DNA from: an uncultured Gammaproteobacteria bacterium
GTDB taxonomy: Bacteria > Patescibacteriota > Patescibacteriia > Magasanikbacterales > JBBTXJ01
Assembly: GCA_964636345.1 (NCBI GenBank)
Contig: CAZWRL010000002.1
Location: forward strand, 1-52,880
Direction: 5' to 3'
DNA length: 52,880 bases
Under the pieces are notes generated by a model, which saw only the letters and a program-made list of their open reading frames with translations, did not search any database and was not told the origin of the DNA. The translations under genes were made by a program, and so were the position numbers. Shown in pieces: positions 30,966 through 39,105 of this stretch. Position 1 is the first letter of the stretch. Each line of letters begins with the position of its first letter.

Positions 30966-30994
30966 AGTATACCACAACCAGACCTTTTTGTCAA
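30966..30994 (-). promoter_or_regulatory. near-consensus sigma70 promoter driving the high-GC island
   Basis: On the minus strand: TTGACA (30994-30989), a 17-nt spacer, then TGgTATACT (-10 at 30971-30966). A structured leader of roughly 100 nt follows. Confidence 0.7.
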
Positions 30995-31004
30995 GGCCTG
31001 CTTA

Positions 31005-31036
31005 CAGATACTTGGCTAGTTTTAGCCAAGTATCTG
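31005..31036. other. perfect 14-bp inverted repeat (terminator-like hairpin without a U tract, or an operator)
   Basis: CAGATACTTGGCTA-gttt-TAGCCAAGTATCTG lies between the M23 stop codon and the island -35 box. Confidence 0.6.
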
Positions 31037-31061
31037 CTATTTGCACTTAGTGTACTAGACG

Positions 31062-32315
31062 TTACAGAAGATAATTCAAAGGATTCACCGGAATACCGTT
31101 TAATCGTATTTCAAAATGCAGATGAGGGCCGGTGACGAAAGGTCCGGCGCCGGCAGTCCCCGGCGTGCCGCCCGAATAGCCAATGAGGTCTCCCCGCCCT
31201 ATAAACTGATCCTCGTTTACGGAAACCTGTGACAAATGCCCGTACACCGTAGACAGTCCATCGCCGTGCACAATCACCACATAGCTGTAACACCAGGATT
31301 CACTGCATCGTTTGGCGCGCGCGACATATCCCGACGCCGCAGCGCGAATAGCGGTTCCTTGTCCGCTGCGAATATCAACGCCCGCATGTTCAAACACATG
31401 GCGGAACGGATACTCCGGATCGTGAAAATACGCGGTGATATGGTTACTGGGTGTTGGCCATGAAAACACCACATCGCCGCCCTGTTCAAATTTATCATTT
31501 CCCTCCAATTTACTCCGAATCTGACGTTCAATCGTCTGGATCTCATTTTCAACGGCCTGATACTGCTGCCGCAAATCAGCCAACACACCCTGGAACATTT
31601 CTTCATTTTGCTTGGTTTCGTCCAGCAGATTTTCTTTGTAATCTTTTTGGCCACGCAACTTTTGCTCCTTCTCTCCAAGCGATTCGCGCAATTCCTTGAG
31701 CGATGTCTCTTTCTCCAAAACATTTTTTTCTTGCTCTTCCAATTCAGTACGCGCGATGCGCAATTGCCGCGCCTGGGCGCCGATATCCCCATACACCTCT
31801 TCCAGATACCGCACCGCGCCAAAAAAATCTGAGAAATTATTGTTGGAAAGCAGGAGTTCCAGATAGTTGCGATCGCTCTCGCGCTGTATGGTACGAATGA
31901 GTTCGGAAAGTATTTCCTTATGCCGATCTATTTTCTTGGTGGCTTCATCAATTTCCAGTCGCAGTTGCTTTAATTCCAGTTCAACCGTTTCAATTTCCAG
32001 TTGCGTGCTTTGAATATCCAGCCGCACCGCCTCCAAACGTTCATCAATAATAGTAATTTGGTTCTTGAGCGACAGGCCTTCAACCCGTTTACGCTCAATA
32101 CTCTTTTTCATGACGCCAATTTTTTCTTCAAGCGCCGCCGATTCATCTTTCTTTGCCTTGATTTCATCCTGCAACTTCTTCAAAATCTCTTCGCGCACAC
32201 TGGAAGGCGCGTAGCTTTGCTCTTCTGCTTGAAGTGGCACGGTAAACGCAAAAAATACCCCTATGAAAACGAGGGCTACGGGTATCTGAACAAAACGGCG
32301 AAACGTACGAGCCAT
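31062..32315 (-). CDS. M23-family metallopeptidase with N-terminal coiled coil (EnvC-like)
   Basis: Signal/transmembrane N-terminus and a long coiled coil. LytM domain motifs are HAGVDIRSG, GLSTVYGHLS and GPHLHFEIR. Confidence 0.9.
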   Translation of the reverse strand: MARTFRRFVQIPVALVFIGVFFAFTVPLQAEEQSYAPSSVREEILKKLQDEIKAKKDESAALEEKIGVMKKSIERKRVEGLSLKNQITIIDERLEAVRLDIQSTQLEIETVELELKQLRLEIDEATKKIDRHKEILSELIRTIQRESDRNYLELLLSNNNFSDFFGAVRYLEEVYGDIGAQARQLRIARTELEEQEKNVLEKETSLKELRESLGEKEQKLRGQKDYKENLLDETKQNEEMFQGVLADLRQQYQAVENEIQTIERQIRSKLEGNDKFEQGGDVVFSWPTPSNHITAYFHDPEYPFRHVFEHAGVDIRSGQGTAIRAAASGYVARAKRCSESWCYSYVVIVHGDGLSTVYGHLSQVSVNEDQFIGRGDLIGYSGGTPGTAGAGPFVTGPHLHFEIRLNGIPVNPLNYLL

Positions 32316-32323
32316 TACGAACT

Positions 32324-32332
32324 AGTATACCA
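32324..32332 (-). promoter_or_regulatory. extended -10 promoter element of the M23 peptidase gene (leaderless configuration)
   Basis: Minus strand TGGTATACT, then 7 nt to the ATG at 32315; no SD. Confidence 0.5.
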
Positions 32333-32338
32333 TGAATA

Positions 32339-33763
32339 TTAAAGTTTGCGGAACGCCTCGTCCACGCGGGCAAGCGTTTTTTCCTTACCGAGCACCATAG
32401 CCGCCTCAAAAGGGCCGGGAGATTTCTCGCGGCCAGTCAGCGCGACACGGAGCGGCCACAGCGTTTGCGCGTTACCCAGATTGTTTTCCTTAATCCATTC
32501 CAGCACGGCACCGCCGAGTTTTTCATGATCGTTATAGACGCGCTCCGGTGTGTCGCCCAAAAACGCGCGCACTTTTTTCAGACGATCTTTTGCTTCTTCT
32601 TTTGAAGATTCTTTGGGGACCAACAGCGCGTTCAAGTAGGTGATATCGCCAAATGCAAAACTGGTTTCTTCACCCACCTGCGATAATTTCACGGCTCTCC
32701 CCTGTTCAACGCGCATTAAGCGTGCAAGCCACGCGTCATCCGGATACGGTAACCCTTTCGCTTCCACAAACGGCTTTACCGCTTTCGCGAGCTCTGCGGG
32801 ATTCGCCTTTTTCATGTGCTCACCCGCAATCCAATCCAATTTTTCCATTGAAAATATCGCCCCGCCTTTGTTTACTTTGTTAATATCAAAAGACGCAATC
32901 AACTCACTAAGAGCATAAACCTCCTGATCGCCCCGCGGGTTCCACCCCAGAAGCGCCAAAAAATTGAGGAGCGCTTCTGGCAAATAACCTTCTTTCACAT
33001 AATCCACGGCCGCCGCATGTCCCGAGCGTTTAGAAAGTTTTCCACCGCCCTCACTTAAAATAAGCGGCAAATGAGCAAGGGCAGGCACCTTCCAACCAAA
33101 CGCTTCATACAACAAAACATGTTTTGGTGTTGATGAAAGCCATTCCTCACCGCGAATAACATGCGTAATCTTCATGAGATGATCATCAACGACGTTCGCG
33201 AGATGATACGTTGGGAACCCATCGGATTTCAAAAGCACCTGGTCATCAACATCCGCACTATGAAAAGAAACCTCGCCGCGGATGCTATCAACAAATGTAA
33301 TGGTGCGTCCGATTGGAACTTTCAATCGCAGAACCGCGCCTTTCGCTGCGCCATTGAGCTCCCTGCAGTGTCCATCATACTTTGGCACAGCGCCGCGTTT
33401 TTTTTGTTCTTCGCGCATTTTTTCCAGCCGTTCTGCGGAACATCTGCACCAATATGCCGCGCCATTTTTTGCCAGCTCTTCTGCGTGTTTGCTATAGAGT
33501 TCAAACCGCTCGGATTGCACATACGGTCCATACTTACCGTCGACAGCCGGACCTTCATCGTACGTCAAACCAACCGCCTTCAAAATATTCAAAATTTCCT
33601 CCTGTGCGCCCGGAACAAGACGCGTCCGGTCCGTATCTTCAATACGAATAATAAATTTCCCCTTATGATGCCGCGCAAACAAAAAATTATAGAGCGCGGT
33701 ACGCAACCCGCCGATGTGTAGGTGCCCAGTGGGACTGGGAGCAAACCGTGTTCTTACCTGCAT
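32339..33763 (-). CDS. gltX: glutamyl-tRNA synthetase
   Basis: VRTRFAPSPTGHLHIGGLRTALYN (HIGH motif) and KLSKRSG (KMSKS motif). The ATG at 33763 gives a canonical N-terminus; the ORF is open to 33844. Confidence 0.95.
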   Translation of the reverse strand: MQVRTRFAPSPTGHLHIGGLRTALYNFLFARHHKGKFIIRIEDTDRTRLVPGAQEEILNILKAVGLTYDEGPAVDGKYGPYVQSERFELYSKHAEELAKNGAAYWCRCSAERLEKMREEQKKRGAVPKYDGHCRELNGAAKGAVLRLKVPIGRTITFVDSIRGEVSFHSADVDDQVLLKSDGFPTYHLANVVDDHLMKITHVIRGEEWLSSTPKHVLLYEAFGWKVPALAHLPLILSEGGGKLSKRSGHAAAVDYVKEGYLPEALLNFLALLGWNPRGDQEVYALSELIASFDINKVNKGGAIFSMEKLDWIAGEHMKKANPAELAKAVKPFVEAKGLPYPDDAWLARLMRVEQGRAVKLSQVGEETSFAFGDITYLNALLVPKESSKEEAKDRLKKVRAFLGDTPERVYNDHEKLGGAVLEWIKENNLGNAQTLWPLRVALTGREKSPGPFEAAMVLGKEKTLARVDEAFRKL

Positions 33764-33770
33764 AGGTATA

Positions 33771-33779
33771 TGGTATACT
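33771..33779 (+). promoter_or_regulatory. extended -10 element (TGGTATACT) 6 nt upstream of the DUF1003 start codon
   Basis: It lies in the 22-nt divergent gap between gltX and the DUF1003 gene. The spacing implies a leaderless mRNA. Confidence 0.5.
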
Positions 33780-33785
33780 ATCAAT

Positions 33786-34199
33786 ATGAAACCTCTTCGT
33801 AAAGAGACGGGTGGAAAATCACACCATATCTCCACCATACACAACCCGCGAACTCATGGACAACGCATGGCGGATCGCCTTTCTAAAATTGCGGGCAGCT
33901 GGAATTTTATCGGCGGCATCGGCCTCTTCTTGTTCTGCTGGATAGTTATCAATATCGTTGCGTTTGAACTCCGGTGGGACCCCTATCCTTTTATTTTGCT
34001 CAATTTTATTTTGTCTACCATTGCTGCCATCCAAGGACCAATCATTTTGATGAGCCAAAACAGACAAAGCGAGATTGATCGTCTCCGTTCCGAATATGAT
34101 TATACCGTCAACCGCAAAGCGGAACGCGAAATAGAAAAAGTGCGCGAAGAGCTTGCGGCGCTTCACAAAAAAATAGACGAGCACATCATTGTCAAGTAA
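33786..34199 (+). CDS. DUF1003-family membrane protein
   Basis: MADRLSKIAGSWNFIGG...DPYPFILLNFILSTIAAIQGPIILMSQNRQ is the DUF1003 signature. Confidence 0.75.
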   Translation: MKPLRKETGGKSHHISTIHNPRTHGQRMADRLSKIAGSWNFIGGIGLFLFCWIVINIVAFELRWDPYPFILLNFILSTIAAIQGPIILMSQNRQSEIDRLRSEYDYTVNRKAEREIEKVREELAALHKKIDEHIIVK

Positions 34200-34202
34200 A
34201 AC

Positions 34203-34949
34203 TCAACCACGGAGCGCCTTCCACAAAAATACTACCGTAGCGCGCCATACTCGCCGCGCGCGCCATGGCTGACAGAAAAGACGCCAGAGCCACTCAAGTC
34301 CTACTTTTTGCATCCACCGTGGCGCGCGACGCACTCGGCCCGCAATAAAATCCAACGCGCCGCCCACACCCACAAAAATACGCACCTCGGGAAGCATTTT
34401 TTTATATTGCCAAATCCATTTTTCCTGTTTGCCATGTCCAAACGCCACAAACACCACCGCCGGATTGGTTTCGCGGATGCGCGCGAGCATCGCCTGATGC
34501 TCCGTTTCATCAGACGGAATAACACCGTATGGTTTTTCAGTTAAACGAATACCCGGATGGGTGCCTGCAATTTTGAGCCCGGGATAGCGTTTTTGCAAAT
34601 TTTTTGCGGCCTGCATCAAAACGATGCTATCACCGGTACCCAAAAGAAAAACGCGCGCGTCTTCCTCTTTTGCCAAACCCGAAAGCCGGCCAACCAGGTC
34701 AACGCCGGTGAATCGGTCAATTTTAAAGCCGTGGAACCGCGCCACCAGTTGCACGCCCACCCCATCAATCACTTGCACATCCGCGCTGTGAAGGATCGTT
34801 TTATACAGCGTGTCACGCGTAGCATGTACTATCATTTCCGGATTGATAGTGACCACATGACTCCCCTGCCCCGTGCGCAACAAACCAGCCACAGTTGTCA
34901 TGGTGAGCGTGCGCGACAGCGGACGAAGTTGTATACCAGCGATTTTCAC
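34203..34949 (-). CDS. WecB/TagA/CpsF-family (GT26) glycosyltransferase
   Basis: VVTINPEMIVHA, KIAGTHPG, VFVAFGHGKQEKWI and APRWMQKVGLEWLWRL motifs. Probable GTG start at 34949. Confidence 0.85.
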   Translation of the reverse strand: MKIAGIQLRPLSRTLTMTTVAGLLRTGQGSHVVTINPEMIVHATRDTLYKTILHSADVQVIDGVGVQLVARFHGFKIDRFTGVDLVGRLSGLAKEEDARVFLLGTGDSIVLMQAAKNLQKRYPGLKIAGTHPGIRLTEKPYGVIPSDETEHQAMLARIRETNPAVVFVAFGHGKQEKWIWQYKKMLPEVRIFVGVGGALDFIAGRVRRAPRWMQKVGLEWLWRLFCQPWRARRVWRATVVFLWKALRG

Positions 34950-35015
34950 AGGTAAACTTTAGCTTAAACTGCAACAAATTTCAAATGCACCTATTGTCTG
35001 ATTTGACTTGACACC

Positions 35016-35042
35016 CTAGCACTCTCAGTGGTAGAGTGCTAA
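35016..35042 (+). promoter_or_regulatory. CIRCE operator (HrcA binding site) upstream of clpB
   Basis: CTAGCACTC-N9-GAGTGCTAA compared with the consensus TTAGCACTC-N9-GAGTGCTAA. It ends 5 nt before the -10 box. Confidence 0.8.
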
Positions 35043-35044
35043 TC

Positions 35045-35053
35045 TGATATACT
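35045..35053 (+). promoter_or_regulatory. extended -10 promoter element of clpB (leaderless configuration)
   Basis: TGATATACT, then 6 nt to the ATG at 35060; no SD. Confidence 0.6.
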
Positions 35054-35059
35054 GTCACC

Positions 35060-37696
35060 ATGAACCCACAGCAGTTCACCACAAAATCCCAAGAGGCCAT
35101 TCAGCGGGCGCATCTTTTGGCCCAGGAAAATGGCCAGCCGCACATTGAACCGCCCCATCTCTTTTTTGCCCTGCTTGAACAAGAAGAAGGCGTGGTGATA
35201 ACCGTGCTCAAAAAATTGAACATCAATCCCCTGCACTTAAAAGCCGGAGTGCAGGCGTTGATTGACCTGCTTCCCAAAACCGTAGACCAACCGGGCGGCG
35301 GCATCGGACAAATTTTTATGGGCCATGACATGGCGCATATTTTGAACGCGGCGGGTCAAGAAATGCAACAGATGGGTGATCAGTATGTGAGCACCGAACA
35401 TCTTTTGCTTGCCTATTTTAAAAGCGGGGGTCCACTTGAGCCGCTCTTCCAAAAACACGGTTTGAATTATGAACAAGTGCTCAAAGTGCTCGTAACCGTA
35501 CGTGGCAGTGAAACGGTTGACTCGCCGGAGCCGGAAGGAAAATATAACGCGCTTGAAAAATACAGCAAAAATCTCACAGCCCTTGCCCGCGCCGGAAAAT
35601 TGGATCCGGTGATTGGCCGTGGCGACGAAATTCGCCGCGTGATGCAAGTATTATCTCGCCGCACCAAAAACAATCCGGTGCTCATTGGCGAACCGGGTGT
35701 TGGAAAAACCGCCATTGTTGAAGGGCTTGCGCAGCGCATTGTGGATGGCGATGTTCCTGAATCATTACGTGATAAGGAAGCCGTCGCGTTAGATGTTGGC
35801 GCGCTCGTGGCGGGCACTAAATTTCGCGGTGAATTTGAAGAACGCTTAAAAGCGGTTTTGAAAGAAATCAATCAAGCCGCGGGCAAGATTGTACTCTTTA
35901 TAGATGAACTGCACACTATTGTGGGCGCGGGAGCATCAGAAGGCGCGGTTGATGCCGCTCATATGCTAAAACCGGCGCTTGCTCGCGGAGAATTGCGCGC
36001 GATTGGCGCAACCACGTTGAAAGAATACCAAAAATACATTGAAAAAGACGCGGCGTTGGAGCGGCGTTTTCAACCGGTTTTTGTGTCTGAACCAACGGTG
36101 GATGATACCATCGCCATTCTCCGCGGCATCAAAGAAAAATACGAAGTGCATCACGGCGTGCGCATTACGGATGCCGCGATTATTGCCGCGGCAGAATTAT
36201 CAAGTCGCTATATTAGTGATCGCTTTTTGCCGGATAAGGCCGTTGATTTGATTGATGAAGCAACCTCGGCGCTCCGTATGGAAATTGATTCCATGCCGGA
36301 TGAACTGGACGCGCTCAAGCGCAAACAGATTAAGCTTGAAATTGAACGCCAGGCCTTGAAGAAAGAAACGGATGCGGAATCGCAAGAGCGCCTCCACGAA
36401 TTAGAAAAGGAGCTTGCGGAAGTCACGGAACAAACAAAAGAACTGGAACTGCACTGGAAACACGAAAAAGAAATTATTGGCGCAATTCGTGAGTATCAAA
36501 AAACCATCGATCGCTTGAAACAAGAAGCGGACATTGCGGAACGCGGTAGCGAATTGCAAAAAGTTGCTGAAATTCGCTATGGAAAAATTCCTACCGTGGA
36601 ACAGGCGTTGCGTGAAGAACAAAAAAAGTTAGCCGAGGTGCAAAAAGGACGAAAAATATTAAAAGAAGAAGTGACCGAAGAAGATATCGCCGCGGTGGTG
36701 TCGCGCTGGACGGGCATTCCGATGCTTCGCATGTTGGAAGATGAGGTTAAAAAACTGGCACGCATGGAGGAAGCGGTGCAAAAACGCGTGGTGGGGCAAG
36801 CTGAGGCCGTTCGAGCGGTGTCCAACGCCATCCGCCGTTCGCGCGCGGGTGTTGGCGAAGCGGGCCGCCCTATTGGATCGTTTATCTTCATGGGGCCAAC
36901 CGGCGTAGGTAAAACAGAGCTCGCCAAAGCGCTTGCTGAATTTTTGTTTAACGACGAAGAGGCGCTCGTTCGCATTGACATGTCGGAATACATGGAAAAA
37001 CACGCGGTGTCTAAAATGATTGGATCGCCACCGGGCTACATTGGCTACGAAGAAGGCGGACAATTAACGGAGATTATCCGCCGCCGTCCGTACGCCGTGG
37101 TGCTCTTTGATGAAATTGAGAAAGCGCATTCTGATGTGTTCAATATGTTGCTTCAAATTTTGGATGACGGACGCCTGACGGACGCAAAAGGCCGCGTGGT
37201 GAATTTCAAAAATACAGTTATCATCATGACCTCAAATATCGGAAGTGAAATTATTGCGCAAGCCGCGCAACATGGTGATCTTGGTTTTGAGCAGGATCAT
37301 CGCGATGCCAAGAATCCCGAGATGCGCGCCAAAGATAAAATTCTTGAAGCGCTCCGCGATCATTTTAAGCCGGAATTTTTAAACCGTGTTGATGAGTTGA
37401 TCGTTTTCCATTCACTAAAAGAAGCGCAAATTCGCGCCGTGGTTGATTTGCAATTGCAACGCGTGATTGAGCGTTTACTGGAAAAGAAAATTACGCTGGA
37501 TATTACTGACGCGGCAAAAGCGTGGTTGGCGTATAAAGGATATGATGAAAAATACGGCGCCCGGCCACTCAAACGCGTCATCCAACAGGAATTGCTTGAT
37601 CCTTTGGCGCTTCGTATTATTGAAGGAGCCGTGGAAGAAGGCGCGAGCGTGCGCGTTGACGTAGAAAAAGAAGCGCTTGCCGTGACAAGGCAGTAA
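35060..37696 (+). CDS. clpB: ATP-dependent chaperone/disaggregase ClpB
   Basis: Two AAA+ modules (GEPGVGKT; GPTGVGKT), a middle coiled-coil domain and a Clp N-domain. Confidence 0.97.
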   Translation: MNPQQFTTKSQEAIQRAHLLAQENGQPHIEPPHLFFALLEQEEGVVITVLKKLNINPLHLKAGVQALIDLLPKTVDQPGGGIGQIFMGHDMAHILNAAGQEMQQMGDQYVSTEHLLLAYFKSGGPLEPLFQKHGLNYEQVLKVLVTVRGSETVDSPEPEGKYNALEKYSKNLTALARAGKLDPVIGRGDEIRRVMQVLSRRTKNNPVLIGEPGVGKTAIVEGLAQRIVDGDVPESLRDKEAVALDVGALVAGTKFRGEFEERLKAVLKEINQAAGKIVLFIDELHTIVGAGASEGAVDAAHMLKPALARGELRAIGATTLKEYQKYIEKDAALERRFQPVFVSEPTVDDTIAILRGIKEKYEVHHGVRITDAAIIAAAELSSRYISDRFLPDKAVDLIDEATSALRMEIDSMPDELDALKRKQIKLEIERQALKKETDAESQERLHELEKELAEVTEQTKELELHWKHEKEIIGAIREYQKTIDRLKQEADIAERGSELQKVAEIRYGKIPTVEQALREEQKKLAEVQKGRKILKEEVTEEDIAAVVSRWTGIPMLRMLEDEVKKLARMEEAVQKRVVGQAEAVRAVSNAIRRSRAGVGEAGRPIGSFIFMGPTGVGKTELAKALAEFLFNDEEALVRIDMSEYMEKHAVSKMIGSPPGYIGYEEGGQLTEIIRRRPYAVVLFDEIEKAHSDVFNMLLQILDDGRLTDAKGRVVNFKNTVIIMTSNIGSEIIAQAAQHGDLGFEQDHRDAKNPEMRAKDKILEALRDHFKPEFLNRVDELIVFHSLKEAQIRAVVDLQLQRVIERLLEKKITLDITDAAKAWLAYKGYDEKYGARPLKRVIQQELLDPLALRIIEGAVEEGASVRVDVEKEALAVTRQ

Positions 37697-37725
37697 AAAA
37701 CGAAAAATGTTATACTACCCCCGTT

Positions 37726-39087
37726 ATGAAAAAACTACTTGCCGTAGCATCTTTGGTGATACTGCTCCCCGCTCGGCTTGAAGCGGCTACCTTTAATCCC
37801 AACAACATCATTTCTAACCATGAACTCACGGACTATACCTCCATGGGCCGTGATGCCATCCAACAATTTTTGGAAGCCAAAAAAAGTTTTCTGGCAAAAC
37901 TCACCACACCGGATTTAAATGAGGTGATGATGGATGCGGCACAAATTATTTTTAACGCCGCCACCACCGCGCGTATCAATCCAAAATATATCTTGGCGCT
38001 TCTTCAGAAGGAACAAAGTTTGATTGAGCACGGCCCCACCAATCCCTCACAATCTCGCCTGGATTGGGCAACCGGATACGCGATATGTGATGGATGCAGT
38101 ACCGATGATCCGTTACCACAAAAATACAAAGGATTCGGCAAACAAGTGGATGGCGGAGCGGGCGCAAACCGTTTCTACTTTGATAATCCCGGAAAATTTA
38201 GCTTTCGTGTTGGTGTGACAAGCCAGGTGGATGACACATCGGTCACACCGGAAAATCAAGCGACGGCAAATCAATATATTTACACACCGCATATTCACGG
38301 CAATGAGAACCTGTGGACAATATGGAATCGGTGGTGGAATCGCAAATATCCAAACGGCGTGGTGCTCCAAGCCAAGAATGCACCGGAACTTTGGCTCATC
38401 CGCGACAGTAGACGCCATCGTTTTGCCAGCAAGAGCGTTTTTGCGAGCCGTTATAACCCGACAGAAGTGATTGTTGTTGAACCGGCAGAATTACAAAATT
38501 ATGAAGAGGGCGCGACCATCAAATTTCCCAACTTTTCGCTCATCAAATCCGAACGCGGCATGACGTTTTTGTTGGTTGATGAAACCAAACGGCCATTTCT
38601 CTCCGACAAAATCTTCCGCCAGTTTGGCTATCACCCCGACGAGGTGTTGACGGCGACGGATGATGAGTTAAACGAATACAAAAATGGGCGGTTTATCAGC
38701 GAAGCGGACATATATCCATTGGGCGCGGTGGTAAAAAGTCCGGTAAGCGGTGAATTGTACTATGTGCACAATGGCGAAAAAGCACCCGTGGTAAGCGAGG
38801 CCATTGTCAAAAATAATTTTAGAAAACAAAAGGTGCTCACCATATCCGCCGACGAATTAAAATCTTTCAAATTGGTGAAGGCGCTAAAATTCCGCGACGG
38901 ATCGCTTGTTAAAGCGCCAGAAGACCCAACGGTCTATGTCATTTCAGACGGTATGAAACGGACGATACCATCGGAAGCAACATTCCTTGGCATGGGCTGG
39001 AAATGGGAAAATGTGCAGACGGTTGATCGTCTCTCCATCATGATTCACCCAACCGGACCGAAGATTGAGTTGAACCACGTCAATTAA
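37726..39087 (+). CDS. secreted hypothetical protein (possible cell-wall-associated or hydrolase-like)
   Basis: Signal peptide MKKLLAVASLVILLPARLEA. The INPKYILALLQKEQSLI segment resembles wall-hydrolase accessory regions. The functional call is weak. Confidence 0.55.
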   Translation: MKKLLAVASLVILLPARLEAATFNPNNIISNHELTDYTSMGRDAIQQFLEAKKSFLAKLTTPDLNEVMMDAAQIIFNAATTARINPKYILALLQKEQSLIEHGPTNPSQSRLDWATGYAICDGCSTDDPLPQKYKGFGKQVDGGAGANRFYFDNPGKFSFRVGVTSQVDDTSVTPENQATANQYIYTPHIHGNENLWTIWNRWWNRKYPNGVVLQAKNAPELWLIRDSRRHRFASKSVFASRYNPTEVIVVEPAELQNYEEGATIKFPNFSLIKSERGMTFLLVDETKRPFLSDKIFRQFGYHPDEVLTATDDELNEYKNGRFISEADIYPLGAVVKSPVSGELYYVHNGEKAPVVSEAIVKNNFRKQKVLTISADELKSFKLVKALKFRDGSLVKAPEDPTVYVISDGMKRTIPSEATFLGMGWKWENVQTVDRLSIMIHPTGPKIELNHVN

Positions 39088-39105
39088 TCCATCGGAACGA
39101 TACCT

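Noticed and set aside
33714-33844. Mutually overlapping N-terminal extensions of the divergent gltX and DUF1003 ORFs
   Set aside because: Canonical family N-termini begin at ATG 33763 (gltX, MQVRTRFAPSPTGHLH) and ATG 33786 (DUF1003). The extensions would overlap each other and the extended -10 box.
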